The notes: a model not told the origin generated them from the sequence alone. A stretch of 64,000 nt of DNA from Candidatus Alistipes faecavium (GCA_019118605.1 DWYP01000018.1:1102-65101), one strand, 5' to 3'. Positions 7,674 through 16,851 are shown, counted from the stretch's first letter. Numbers and translations: made by a program.

Positions 7674-10508
7674 ATGAAACTCAAAATTCTACTTATTCTG
7701 ATGCTTGCCGGATTGACGTGCGCCTCCTATGCGCAGGACGGAGGCATCCGCGGCAAGGTGGTTTCGCGCGCCGGGCGCGTGGGCCTGAGCAACGTGAAGG
7801 TGGAGGTCGAGCCGCTGAACCTGTCGATCCGCACCGACAAGAACGGATATTTCGAGGTGGAGAACCTCCCTGCAGGGCAGTACAAGGTGCATTTCGCTAC
7901 CCCGGAGTTCGAACCGCTCGAGCTGGTGGTGCGCGTGGGCTCGGAGCATGTGCAGGATCTTCGTTCGGTGATCCTCGTTCCGTCGAGCCCCCTCGGGAGC
8001 ATCGACGACGCGGTCTTCATGGAGTATGACACCGACTCCCCGGTTTCGGACATGCAGGCCCTTCCCTCGTCGCTGACGGCTTCCGACGACCTGTTCAACA
8101 ACATCGCCTCGTACCGCTTCAGCGAGATGCGCTTCAACGTCCGCGGATACGACTCCCAGTATTCGGACATCTACCTCAACGGCATCCGCTTCAACGACGC
8201 CATGACCGGATACGGCCCGTGGTCGCTGTGGAGCGGTCTGAACGACGCCACGCGCAACCAGGAGGGTGTCGCGGGCCTCGAGATGCTCGATTACGGCATC
8301 GGCGGCATCGGCGGCGCGACGAATGTCAACGCCCGGGCCTCGCAGATGCGCAAGGGCTTCCGCGTGAGCGTCTCGAACGGCACGCAGCTCTACCGCTTCC
8401 GCGCGATGGTATCCTACGGCTCCGGACAGCTCGACAACGGCTGGTCGTACGCCTTCTCGGCGGGCACGCGCCAGGGCGGCAACGGATACGTCGACGGCGT
8501 GTATTACAACTCCTACTCCTATTTCGCCTCGGTGGAGAAGCTCTTCGGGCGCAACCACCGGCTGGGCCTCACGCTCCTTGCGTCGCCTTCGCAGCGCGGC
8601 GCGCAGCAGGCCTCGACCGACGAGGCGTACCGCCTGTTCGGCAACAACTACTACAACCCCAACGTGGGCTATCAGGCCGGGAAGCTGCGCAACTCGCGCG
8701 TGCGCAACATGCACGAGCCCATCGCCATGCTGACCTACACGTGGGACATGTCGGAGAACACGCGCCTGAACGCCGCCACGTCGCTGCGCTTCGGCAAGAA
8801 CGGCTATTCGGCCCTGACGTGGAGCGGCGGCCCCGACCCGCGCGGGGACTATTACCGCTACCTTCCCTCGTCGGATGTCACGCAGATCGTGCCGGGCATC
8901 ACGACCGACCGTACGATCTACTTCTACGCCCTGGATGCCCTCCAGGCCGGGAAGGTGTGGGACGGCATGCTCGACTTCGACGGCTTCTACCACATGAACG
9001 ACTACATCGACACGGAGCTTACCGACCTGGTAGGTGACAGCCGCCGCTCGAACTACATGATCGAGGAGCGCCACACCGACCAGCTGGACTACAACTTCGC
9101 CGCGAGCATCCAGCACAACATGCGCCACAACATGCGCATCGTCGGGGGTGTGAACGTGCGCATGAACCGCACGAACTACTACTCGCAGGTCAAGGATCTG
9201 CTGGGCGGCGACTACTGGTACGACATCGACAAGTTCGCCGAGCGCGACATGGCCAACGTCGAGGCCGCGCAGAACGACCTGGACTACTACTGGCAGACGG
9301 GACATGCCCGGATTGCCAAGGAGGGTGACAAGTACAGCTATTACTACCGTGCGCACATCATGGAGTCGAACGCCTGGGCGAACTATTCGTGGAACCGCGG
9401 AGGTTTCTCGCTGGGCGTGGCCGGAGAGATCGGCTATTCGCAGATGTACCGCGAGGGTATGTGGCGCAAGGGCCTCTTCCCCGACGATTCGAAGGGCGAC
9501 TCGAAGAAGCTCGACTACCTGACCTATGAGGGCAAGCTCGCCCTGGGATACAAGTTCTCCCGGGCGCATGCGCTCGAGGCCAACGTGGCCTACATCCAGC
9601 AGGCCCCGAAGTTCTCCACGGCCTTCGTCTCCCCGCGTACGCGCAACACCGTGACCCCGGGACTCACCACCGAGAAGATCTTCGGCGTGGATCTGACCTA
9701 CAACCTCACGCTGCCCTTCCTCAAGGCCCGGCTGGCCGGATACTACACGACTTTCAAGGATCTTTCGAAGGTCATCTCCTTCTATGACGACACGCGCAGT
9801 TCGTTCACGAACTTCGCCATGAGCGGCATCGACAAGGAGCACTACGGCATCGAGTTCGCGGTGTCGGTTCCGATCTGGAACGGGATTTCGGCCATCGGGG
9901 CCATCAGCTGGGGCGAGTACACCTACACCTCGAATCCCAATTTCGTGCAGACGGTGGACAACATCGACAAGATCGTCCTCGTAGACCGCGTGAACTGGAA
10001 GGGCTACCACGTCGAGAGCACGCCCCAGACGGCCATCAACGTGGGCCTCGACTACCGCGGAGCCCGCAACTGGTTCGCCGGCGTGAATTTCAACTATTAC
10101 GACAACCTCTACCTGTCGATGAACCCCATGTACCGCACCAACAGCGCTTCGCGCTACTACACCGATGTGATCGCTTCGGAGATCTCCAAATCGGATCCCA
10201 ATACGGAGGTGATCCTTTCGGCCGTGAAGTCGATCAAGACGCTGCGGGCCCAGGAGAAGTTCGGCGGCTATTTCACGCTGAGCGCCAACGTGGGCAAGAA
10301 CTGGTACATCGGCAATTACATGCTGGGCATGAGCCTCGAGGTGAAGAACATCCTCAACGACCAGTCGATCCGTACGGGCGGATACGAGCAGATGCGCATG
10401 AACAAGGTGCGCGGCACGGACGGCGAGTACATGTACAGCCGTTTCCCGTCGAAATATTTCTACCTGTTCGGGACGACCTACTTCCTGAACCTCTACATTC
10501 GTTTCTAA
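7674..10508 (+). CDS. TonB-dependent receptor with an N-terminal carboxypeptidase-regulatory-like domain
   Basis: Signal peptide, then GIRGKVVSRAGR...NGYFEVENLPAGQYKVHF, a plug-like DIYLNGIRFND, a long beta-barrel and a terminal aromatic residue (LYIRF). No SusD gene follows. Confidence 0.9.
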   Translation: MKLKILLILMLAGLTCASYAQDGGIRGKVVSRAGRVGLSNVKVEVEPLNLSIRTDKNGYFEVENLPAGQYKVHFATPEFEPLELVVRVGSEHVQDLRSVILVPSSPLGSIDDAVFMEYDTDSPVSDMQALPSSLTASDDLFNNIASYRFSEMRFNVRGYDSQYSDIYLNGIRFNDAMTGYGPWSLWSGLNDATRNQEGVAGLEMLDYGIGGIGGATNVNARASQMRKGFRVSVSNGTQLYRFRAMVSYGSGQLDNGWSYAFSAGTRQGGNGYVDGVYYNSYSYFASVEKLFGRNHRLGLTLLASPSQRGAQQASTDEAYRLFGNNYYNPNVGYQAGKLRNSRVRNMHEPIAMLTYTWDMSENTRLNAATSLRFGKNGYSALTWSGGPDPRGDYYRYLPSSDVTQIVPGITTDRTIYFYALDALQAGKVWDGMLDFDGFYHMNDYIDTELTDLVGDSRRSNYMIEERHTDQLDYNFAASIQHNMRHNMRIVGGVNVRMNRTNYYSQVKDLLGGDYWYDIDKFAERDMANVEAAQNDLDYYWQTGHARIAKEGDKYSYYYRAHIMESNAWANYSWNRGGFSLGVAGEIGYSQMYREGMWRKGLFPDDSKGDSKKLDYLTYEGKLALGYKFSRAHALEANVAYIQQAPKFSTAFVSPRTRNTVTPGLTTEKIFGVDLTYNLTLPFLKARLAGYYTTFKDLSKVISFYDDTRSSFTNFAMSGIDKEHYGIEFAVSVPIWNGISAIGAISWGEYTYTSNPNFVQTVDNIDKIVLVDRVNWKGYHVESTPQTAINVGLDYRGARNWFAGVNFNYYDNLYLSMNPMYRTNSASRYYTDVIASEISKSDPNTEVILSAVKSIKTLRAQEKFGGYFTLSANVGKNWYIGNYMLGMSLEVKNILNDQSIRTGGYEQMRMNKVRGTDGEYMYSRFPSKYFYLFGTTYFLNLYIRF

Positions 10509-10526
10509 CCGAGAAGAGAAAACACC

Positions 10527-11747
10527 ATGAAAAGTCTTAAACTGAAAATAGTATTGGCCGCCCTGGCCGGCCTGGTCGTCTCGGGCTGCTACAACGATTT
10601 CGATACCCCGGCGCCGGAGAAGCTCTACACCGACGAGGACATGACGACGCTCGGCCTGACGCAGATCTCCATCGCGGATGTGAAGGCTCAGTACAGCAAG
10701 GTCTTCGGATCGGTTTCGGGAACGGGAACCAACAACAACGGCTGGGACAACACCAAGACCCTGAAGTTCGGAACGCTGACCTCCGATGAGGAGGATTTCG
10801 TGAGCCTCGAGGGGTGGCCCGAAGCCGCGGGGTACTACATCAAGGGCAAGGTGCTCAGCAGCGACCGTCAGGGCAACGTCTACAAGTCGCTCTACATCTA
10901 CGACGGCACGGCGGCCATCGAGCTGAAACTCTATACGGGCCTCTACCTCGATTACTACCTTAACCTCAATACGATGGAGAGCCAGTGGGTCTACGTGCGC
11001 CTCGACGGGCTCTACCTGGGCAACTACCGCATGATGCTCTCGATCGGCGGCTCGCCGTCGGACGCCATCAACACCTCCGGCACGCACAAGTACTACGCCA
11101 ACTCGAACCTCGACAATCCGAAGATCGCCAAGCTGAACGTCTTCCCCGGGGAGCCGGCCATGCTTGAGGAGTCGGACATCCTCGAGGTCGACGCCACGAA
11201 CTACAAGGATCTCGGCGAGAAGGATCTGGCGCGTTTGGTGCGCTTCAAGAACGTGAAGGTGCGCTACGCAGGCATCCCGAACCAGAGCGGCGTGACCAAT
11301 CCCCCGATGAAGAACGGCACGTTCGACAACCTCTATCCGACGTGGATCGTCACCGACTGGGGTTCGCCCCGTTATGGCGCATGGTACCGCTGGGCCTACA
11401 ACGTCGAGAACGTGCGCCTCTACGGCTCGGTGCTGATCACCTACGACGAGACGGAGACCAATACGGCCAAACCGGGGGTCTATTCGATCCGTACGAGCGG
11501 ATATTCGCAGTTCGCCATGAAACCCATTCCGCGCGACGGCACGGTCGGCACGGTGCTGGGCATCTATGGCGTCTACGGTCAGCGGTGGGATCAGGCGCAG
11601 TTCCAGATCTCGGTGAGCCGCCTCGAGGATCTCGACTTCCCCGCCGAATCGCTGCTGACCGAGGCGGAGATCGAGGCCATGACGCCCGCCGAGTCGTACA
11701 ACCCGCCCGTGAAGAACAACAACGGCGACTACGAGAGCGGCGAATAG
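10527..11747 (+). CDS. DUF5689-like (OB-type) lipoprotein occupying the SusD position
   Basis: Lipobox VVSGC. Carries YYIKGKVLSSDRQGNVYKSLYIYDGTAAIELKL, which fits the DUF5689-type pattern. Begins 18 nt after the TBDT stop. The family name needs an HMM check. Confidence 0.78.
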   Translation: MKSLKLKIVLAALAGLVVSGCYNDFDTPAPEKLYTDEDMTTLGLTQISIADVKAQYSKVFGSVSGTGTNNNGWDNTKTLKFGTLTSDEEDFVSLEGWPEAAGYYIKGKVLSSDRQGNVYKSLYIYDGTAAIELKLYTGLYLDYYLNLNTMESQWVYVRLDGLYLGNYRMMLSIGGSPSDAINTSGTHKYYANSNLDNPKIAKLNVFPGEPAMLEESDILEVDATNYKDLGEKDLARLVRFKNVKVRYAGIPNQSGVTNPPMKNGTFDNLYPTWIVTDWGSPRYGAWYRWAYNVENVRLYGSVLITYDETETNTAKPGVYSIRTSGYSQFAMKPIPRDGTVGTVLGIYGVYGQRWDQAQFQISVSRLEDLDFPAESLLTEAEIEAMTPAESYNPPVKNNNGDYESGE

Positions 11748-11808
11748 GGCGCATTCCTGTTTGCGGCCGTTTTGCCGCCCGTTTCCGCGCCTTTGCGCGG
11801 AGCGCATG

Positions 11809-11848
11809 AAAAAGAGAGGCTGCCACAATCAGTGGCAGCCTCTCTTTT
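11809..11848. terminator. bidirectional intrinsic terminator between convergent genes
   Basis: AGAGAGGCTGCCAC (11813-11826) pairs with GTGGCAGCCTCTCT (11832-11845), a perfect 14-bp stem with a 5-nt loop. It is flanked by A5 and T4. Confidence 0.75.
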
Positions 11849-11883
11849 GGTATCCGGGTCGCAGGGTGCGGCCCGTTTTGCCG

Positions 11884-14718
11884 CTACTCCTCCGCAGCGG
11901 CGGCTTCGAGCCGCATGACGACCTTCACCACGTTGCCGTCGTCGAGGATCTTCCGCGCCAGAGCCTGCACGTCGGCATCGGTCAGCGAGCGCACCGTCTG
12001 CTCGTAGTCGGCCACGTAGTCGAGTCCCGAGCCGTATTTCGCCTGCAGGAAGGAGAGCCATCCGGCATTCTGCTCCAGGGCGTTGTTCCACTCCTTGAGC
12101 AGGAATTCCCGGGTCTTCTCGATGTCTTCGCTCTGCGGGCCCTCCTCGGCGATCCTGCGGATCTCGGCCACGATGATTCCGCACAGCTCGTCGGCCATCT
12201 GCTCGTTGGTGTCGAACGCGATCGCCATGTTGTAGCTCTCCTCGGGAATGTAGGAGGTCGCGCCGCCCACCTGCACGCCGTAGGTGCCGCCCTTCTCCTC
12301 GCGGATCGATACCAGATAGCGCGAGTCGAGCGCCTGCGTGAGGAACGTCATGGCCACCTTGTTCTTCAGGCTGTAGGGCATCTGTCCCGAGTATCCGAAG
12401 TGTACCGAGACCTTGGGCTGCTGCATCGCCACGGTGAAATCCTCCGTCACCTCACCCTCGACCTCGCGCACCTTGTCGTCGGCCCACGTCATCTTTTTCT
12501 TCGACGCGGGGATCGAGCCGATGTACTTCTCGACAAGCGGTTTCAGCACCTCGGGGTCGATGTTGCCCACGAAGGTGAAGACGAAACTGTTGGCATCGGG
12601 GTAGAGTTTCGCGTAGATGGCGGGGAGCTTCCCGAAGTCGAAGGCTGCGAGCTGCTCCTCCTCGAGCATCTGGCGGCGCGGGTGGTTCGCGTAGGTTACT
12701 TCGAGCACCTTGTCCTGCATCAGGTAGTCGGGGTTGCTCTTGACGTTGGCCAGCTGCGCGCGCACCATCTTCATCAGGTTATCGTAGTCCGTGCGGTCGA
12801 AGCGCGGCTGCGTGAAGTTGAGGTAGAGCAGCTGGAGCATCGTCTCGATATCCTTGGGCGAGCAGTAGCCGCTCATGGCGCTGGTGTAGGACTCCACGGA
12901 GGTCTGCACCGAGGCGCTCTTCCCCGTGAGCTGCTTGCGGAGTTCCGTCGAGGAGAACTTCCCGACGCCCGACATCGCATTGATCGACGACATCATCTCG
13001 CCCATGTAGTACTCCTCGTCCGAGAGGCGCGACAGCCCTCCCTTGGCCACGGCGCTCATGCGCACCTCGTCGGCCTTGTAGGTCGTGGGCTTCACGACGA
13101 TCCGCGTGCCGTTTGCGAGCGTCCACTCGATCGTTCCGTAGGCTGCGTCCTCGGAGGTCTTCTTCACCTTCGAACCCTTGAGTTCGGTGCCCTCGGGGAT
13201 CAGCGGCTCCTTGACCACGTCGTCCTCGTATGCCTCGATCTCCGAGTTCATCACCCGCTCGCGGATTGCGAGCAGCTCCCCGGACGTCGGCGTGGCGAGC
13301 CCCTCCTTCTCGGGAGCGGTGACCACGATCACCTGGTTCGTCGGGGTGATGGTCTGCTGTGCGAAGGCGTTCACGGCATCTACCGTAATCATCTTGAGCA
13401 GCATGCTGTCGAGCTGCCATTCGGTTTCGGCGTCGGGAATCGGGCTGTTCTTCTGGTAGTTGCTCAGGTAGTCGTTGACGAACTGTTCGTTCTGGCGGTC
13501 ATTGCGGTTCGTGTACGAACGCTCGGCCTGGCGCAGGAGGTTCTCCTGTGCACGTTCGAACTCGCCCTGCGTGAACCCGAAGCGGCGCACCTTCTCCATC
13601 TCGGTATAGAGGGCCTCGAAGCCGCGGGCCAACTCCCCATCCTGCGTCATGGCGATGTATGCCGTGGCGTTGAGCGTGGGGATTACGCCCAGCACGTCTC
13701 CCGTTCCCATGCCTCCTCCGAGGAACGGCGCGTCGGCCTGCATGGCGAGTTCCTGCAGGCGGGCGTTGGCCATCGTCGAGACATAAGCCTCGATTACGCC
13801 GTTGATCTCGCCCATGACGGTGTTGTTGAACTCCGCGGGTACGGCCGGGCGCTTGATGAAGAGCTGCACCTTCGAGCCCTGCATCTCGGGATCGGTGAAG
13901 ATGCTCACGATCGGCTCCTCGTTGTCGGGAACGGAGATGACCTCCTTTTCGGGGGCCCCGGCCTCGGGAGCCGGGATGTCGGCCATCAGGGTCTTGATCT
14001 GCGCCTCCACGGCCTCGGCGTCGATGTCACCCACGACGATCACGGCCTGGTAGTCGGGACGGTACCATGTGTGATAGAAGTCCTCCAGCTCGTCGTGGTC
14101 GAAACCCTTCAGCCCGTCGAGGTAGCCGATCAGGTTGCGGTGCTCGTACTTCGAGCCCTTGCCCACGGCCTTGAGCATGTTGATCGACGAACGCCACGAG
14201 GCGCCGTCGCGCGTGCGCAGCTCCTCCATAATCACCCCGCGCTCGGAGTCGATCTCCTCGGGTTGGAGGGCGATGAAGTGCGACCAGTCGTGGAGAATCA
14301 GCAGCGCGGAGTCGATGATCCCCTGTCGGGAGGTCGGCACGTCGGAGATGTTGTAGACGGTCTGGTCCCAGGAGGTTCCGGCATTGAGGTTCGCGCCGAA
14401 CTTCACGCCGATCTTTTCGAGATACTCGATAAGCTGCTTTCCCGGGAGGTTTTTCGTGCCGTTGAAGGCCATGTGCTCGAGGAAGTGGGCGAGGCCCTGC
14501 TGGGCGTCGTTCTCCTGAATGGCGCCGACGTTGTGCAGGATGTAGAAGTCGGCCTGTCCTTTGGGTTTTTCGTTGTGGCGGACGTAGTAGGTCATTCCGT
14601 TCGGGAGCGTGCCGGTCCGGAGTTCGGGGTCCGTCGGGATCGGCGCCATGGGATCCATCTGCGCCGAGGCGCTGGCGACGGCAAAGGCCGCGGCAACCAG
14701 CAACAGGATTCTTTTCAT
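11884..14718 (-). CDS. M16 (pitrilysin/insulinase) family zinc peptidase, two-domain
   Basis: 944 aa with a signal peptide and the inverted zinc motif HFLEHMAFNGT (HxxEH). Confidence 0.92.
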   Translation of the reverse strand: MKRILLLVAAAFAVASASAQMDPMAPIPTDPELRTGTLPNGMTYYVRHNEKPKGQADFYILHNVGAIQENDAQQGLAHFLEHMAFNGTKNLPGKQLIEYLEKIGVKFGANLNAGTSWDQTVYNISDVPTSRQGIIDSALLILHDWSHFIALQPEEIDSERGVIMEELRTRDGASWRSSINMLKAVGKGSKYEHRNLIGYLDGLKGFDHDELEDFYHTWYRPDYQAVIVVGDIDAEAVEAQIKTLMADIPAPEAGAPEKEVISVPDNEEPIVSIFTDPEMQGSKVQLFIKRPAVPAEFNNTVMGEINGVIEAYVSTMANARLQELAMQADAPFLGGGMGTGDVLGVIPTLNATAYIAMTQDGELARGFEALYTEMEKVRRFGFTQGEFERAQENLLRQAERSYTNRNDRQNEQFVNDYLSNYQKNSPIPDAETEWQLDSMLLKMITVDAVNAFAQQTITPTNQVIVVTAPEKEGLATPTSGELLAIRERVMNSEIEAYEDDVVKEPLIPEGTELKGSKVKKTSEDAAYGTIEWTLANGTRIVVKPTTYKADEVRMSAVAKGGLSRLSDEEYYMGEMMSSINAMSGVGKFSSTELRKQLTGKSASVQTSVESYTSAMSGYCSPKDIETMLQLLYLNFTQPRFDRTDYDNLMKMVRAQLANVKSNPDYLMQDKVLEVTYANHPRRQMLEEEQLAAFDFGKLPAIYAKLYPDANSFVFTFVGNIDPEVLKPLVEKYIGSIPASKKKMTWADDKVREVEGEVTEDFTVAMQQPKVSVHFGYSGQMPYSLKNKVAMTFLTQALDSRYLVSIREEKGGTYGVQVGGATSYIPEESYNMAIAFDTNEQMADELCGIIVAEIRRIAEEGPQSEDIEKTREFLLKEWNNALEQNAGWLSFLQAKYGSGLDYVADYEQTVRSLTDADVQALARKILDDGNVVKVVMRLEAAAAEE

Positions 14719-14737
14719 ACGGTTCTGATTGGGATTT

Positions 14738-14989
14738 TTAATGTGTAAAACGAATTTCGGTCTGTTTCGTGTTTGCGTCGGCCGCGTCGGGACGGAATTC
14801 CAGCACGTCGCCGGGCTGGCACTCCAGTTCGCGGCAGATCGCCTCGAGGGTCGAAAGCCGGATGGCCCTGGCCTTTCCGTTCTTGAGGATCGAGAGGTTC
14901 GCGGGGGTGATGTCGATGCGTTCGGCCAGCTCGCCGAGCGACATCTTCCGCTTGGCCATCATGACGTCGATGTTGATGATGATAGGCAT
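14738..14989 (-). CDS. XRE/Cro-type helix-turn-helix transcriptional regulator (YozG-like)
   Basis: 83 aa starting MPIIINIDVMMAKRKMSLGELAERIDITPANLSILKNGKARAIRLSTLEAICRELECQPGDVLEF. ATG confirmed at 14989. The track ORF to 15361 is an Arg/Pro-rich upstream extension. Confidence 0.88.
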   Translation of the reverse strand: MPIIINIDVMMAKRKMSLGELAERIDITPANLSILKNGKARAIRLSTLEAICRELECQPGDVLEFRPDAADANTKQTEIRFTH

Positions 14990-15000
14990 GGTGTCGCGTG

Positions 15001-15711
15001 TTAGATGGTCAGTTTCTGCTCCTCGCTGAGGTTCTGGCCGATGGCGAAGACCTCGGCCGAGAAGAGGATCAGCAGGCCCATGATGATCATGGAATAGGAG
15101 ATATGGAGGCTTGTGTCGACCGTCAGGCCGCTGCCGGCGAGGAGTTCCGCGGCCCGGAGGTTCATGGCGCGGCCCAGCAGGCCGTTGAGCAGCTCGGCAA
15201 GGATGGTCAGCACGCCGATCGAGCGCAGGTACCAGACGTTGCGGCGGCCGAGGGGCCGTTCGTCGCGGATCGAGCGGCGCAGCGAGCGGATGATCAGGAT
15301 CATCAGCACGATGACGGCCAGCAGCAGGAGCGGGATGAGCATCGTGAAGGCGTAGATCCATGCACTGCCGCCCAGTGTGCGGAAGGCGATTCCGAGCGGG
15401 GAGATGCCTCCGGCGGGTTCGTCGACGATCAGATTCATGCGCGTGACGACGGGTTCGATTACGGCCTCTGCGGAGCGGATCGGGCTGTTGTCGCCGGTTC
15501 CCCCGACGATGCGCACGTCGCCCAGCAGATAGATCATCCGCGGATCTCCCTGCTGGAGTTTTTCGGCGATTTTCTCACCCATCTGCATTCCGTCGGCGGC
15601 CCCGCGGCAGAAATCGCCCAGCACGCTGTGGACGATGCCCGTGACGATGACCAGGAACAGGGCGATGTAGAGGAACAGGAGCCGCTTGAGGAGCGATTTT
15701 TTGTTCTGCAT
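15001..15711 (-). CDS. DUF2975-like membrane protein, partner of the HTH regulator
   Basis: Multi-helix membrane protein. Its stop lies 11 nt upstream of the HTH ATG. The track start at 15741 is TTG, so I prefer the ATG at 15711 (MQNKKSLLKRLLFLYIALF). Confidence 0.78.
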   Translation of the reverse strand: MQNKKSLLKRLLFLYIALFLVIVTGIVHSVLGDFCRGAADGMQMGEKIAEKLQQGDPRMIYLLGDVRIVGGTGDNSPIRSAEAVIEPVVTRMNLIVDEPAGGISPLGIAFRTLGGSAWIYAFTMLIPLLLLAVIVLMILIIRSLRRSIRDERPLGRRNVWYLRSIGVLTILAELLNGLLGRAMNLRAAELLAGSGLTVDTSLHISYSMIIMGLLILFSAEVFAIGQNLSEEQKLTI

Positions 15712-15758
15712 GGTGACCTGAATTTTTGGTTCGCAGGACAAAGATAGCTATATTTTTT

Positions 15759-15781
15759 CGATAAACAAGTAATATTTATCG
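15759..15781. promoter_or_regulatory. inverted repeat CGATAAA-N9-TTTATCG (possible operator)
   Basis: Perfect 7-bp arms in the AT-rich divergent spacer upstream of the DUF2975/HTH pair. Function is inferred only. Confidence 0.3.
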
Positions 15782-16030
15782 TTTTTCGATATTATTTCGC
15801 CGTAAAACCGTAAATTTGGGCTCTTTGCGCCGGGGAACGGGATGCCGGGCGCGGCGTGCGGCGCATTGTTCCGAACACCGCGAAGCGTGCGGATTTCCGC
15901 CTCTCCGGCGGCGCGGGGGTACCGAAATGCGGGAAAATGCGTATCTTTGACTTCGTTTTAGACAGGATGCGCCTCGGCATAGCCAAACCGGAAAACTCCG
16001 TTTTCGTTTGTCTCTGCACTCGGCTTTCAC

Positions 16031-16038
16031 TATCTTTG
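16031..16038 (+). promoter_or_regulatory. candidate -7 promoter box (TATCTTTG)
   Basis: TAnnTTTG match 23 nt upstream of the ATG at 16061. Confidence 0.35.
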
Positions 16039-16060
16039 CCAGCAACCAAAACGATCGTCT

Positions 16061-16789
16061 ATGGCAGAAATATCGCAATACGCCTACCGCGTCGAGCCGC
16101 AGGAGGTGGACTTCACCCTGCGGGCGACGCTCGCATCGCTCGGGTCGGCGGTGCTCAATACGGCCGGGGTCGACGCCCACGGCAAGGGTTTCGGCGTCGA
16201 CGTGCTGAACGCCGACAACCATTCCTGGGTGCTCTCGCGCATGGCGCTGGAGATCGACGCTCGGCCCCGGCAATATACCGACTATACCGTGGGAACGTGG
16301 ATCAGCGACTACGGACGCGTGCTCTCGACGCGCAACTTCACGCTCACCGACGCCGCGCGACACGAATTCGGACGCGCCGTGACGCAGTGGGCGATGATCG
16401 ACCTCTCGACACGCTCGGCCGTCGACCTTTCGTGGGTGGGGCGCGAGCACGAGGATGCCGTGGTGCCTGTTCCTCCGCCGACCGACAAACCGCGCAAGAT
16501 ACGCTCGGTCACCCCGACGCAGCGCGCCGAACGCCGCGTCGTGTACAGCGACATCGACTTCAACCGCCACGTCAATACGATGCGCTACATCGAGATGATG
16601 CTCGACATGCTGCCCGTGGAGCTGCTGACGCGCGAGGCCCCGGTACGCCTCGACATCCATTTCCTCAGGGAGTGCCGCTTCGGGCAGACCCTTTCGATCG
16701 GCTGCGAGGAGCATGCCGGCGGGGCGCTGTTCGAGATCTCGGGCGACGGCGAAACGGCTGCCGTGCGCGCCGGCATCGAGTGGCGGTAG
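16061..16789 (+). CDS. acyl-[acyl-carrier-protein] thioesterase
   Basis: 242 aa. Starts YRVEPQEVDFTLRATLASLGSAVLNTAG and contains SWVLSRMALEI and DIDFNRHVNTMRYIEM, which fit the tandem hotdog acyl-ACP thioesterase pattern. Confidence 0.85.
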   Translation: MAEISQYAYRVEPQEVDFTLRATLASLGSAVLNTAGVDAHGKGFGVDVLNADNHSWVLSRMALEIDARPRQYTDYTVGTWISDYGRVLSTRNFTLTDAARHEFGRAVTQWAMIDLSTRSAVDLSWVGREHEDAVVPVPPPTDKPRKIRSVTPTQRAERRVVYSDIDFNRHVNTMRYIEMMLDMLPVELLTREAPVRLDIHFLRECRFGQTLSIGCEEHAGGALFEISGDGETAAVRAGIEWR

Positions 16790-16806
16790 CGCCTCCTCCG
16801 GTCTTG

Positions 16807-16851
16807 AAACAGTAACCCCGGGAAACGCGACGTTTCCCGGGGTTACTGTTT
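16807..16851. terminator. strong bidirectional terminator hairpin
   Basis: AAACAGTAACCCCGGGAAACG pairs with CGTTTCCCGGGGTTACTGTTT, a perfect 21-bp stem with a 3-nt loop. It overlaps the GntP stop codon and sits between convergent genes. Confidence 0.8.

Noticed and set aside
7689-11828. 1379-aa minus-strand ORF, the longest in the window
   Set aside because: It runs antisense to the TonB receptor and DUF5689-like genes. It is Arg/Gly/Val/His/Asp-rich with no motif or signal. It is a typical stop-free shadow frame of a GC3-rich coding strand. The plus-strand genes have clear family signatures.
11763-11884. Direct repeat GCGGCC(C)GTTTTGCCGC on both sides of the 11809-11848 terminator
   Set aside because: Only about 16 nt and imperfect. 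The second copy overlaps the M16 gene 3' end. Too short to interpret beyond chance in GC-rich sequence.
11761-14748. 995-aa plus-strand ORF
   Set aside because: It is an antisense shadow of the M16 peptidase gene, whose HxxEH motif and signal peptide identify the real strand.
14738-15711. HTH plus membrane protein considered as a toxin-antitoxin or abortive-infection pair
   Set aside because: There is no toxin-like domain. The membrane protein is a multi-helix DUF2975-like protein, and this pairing is a common conserved housekeeping-type module.
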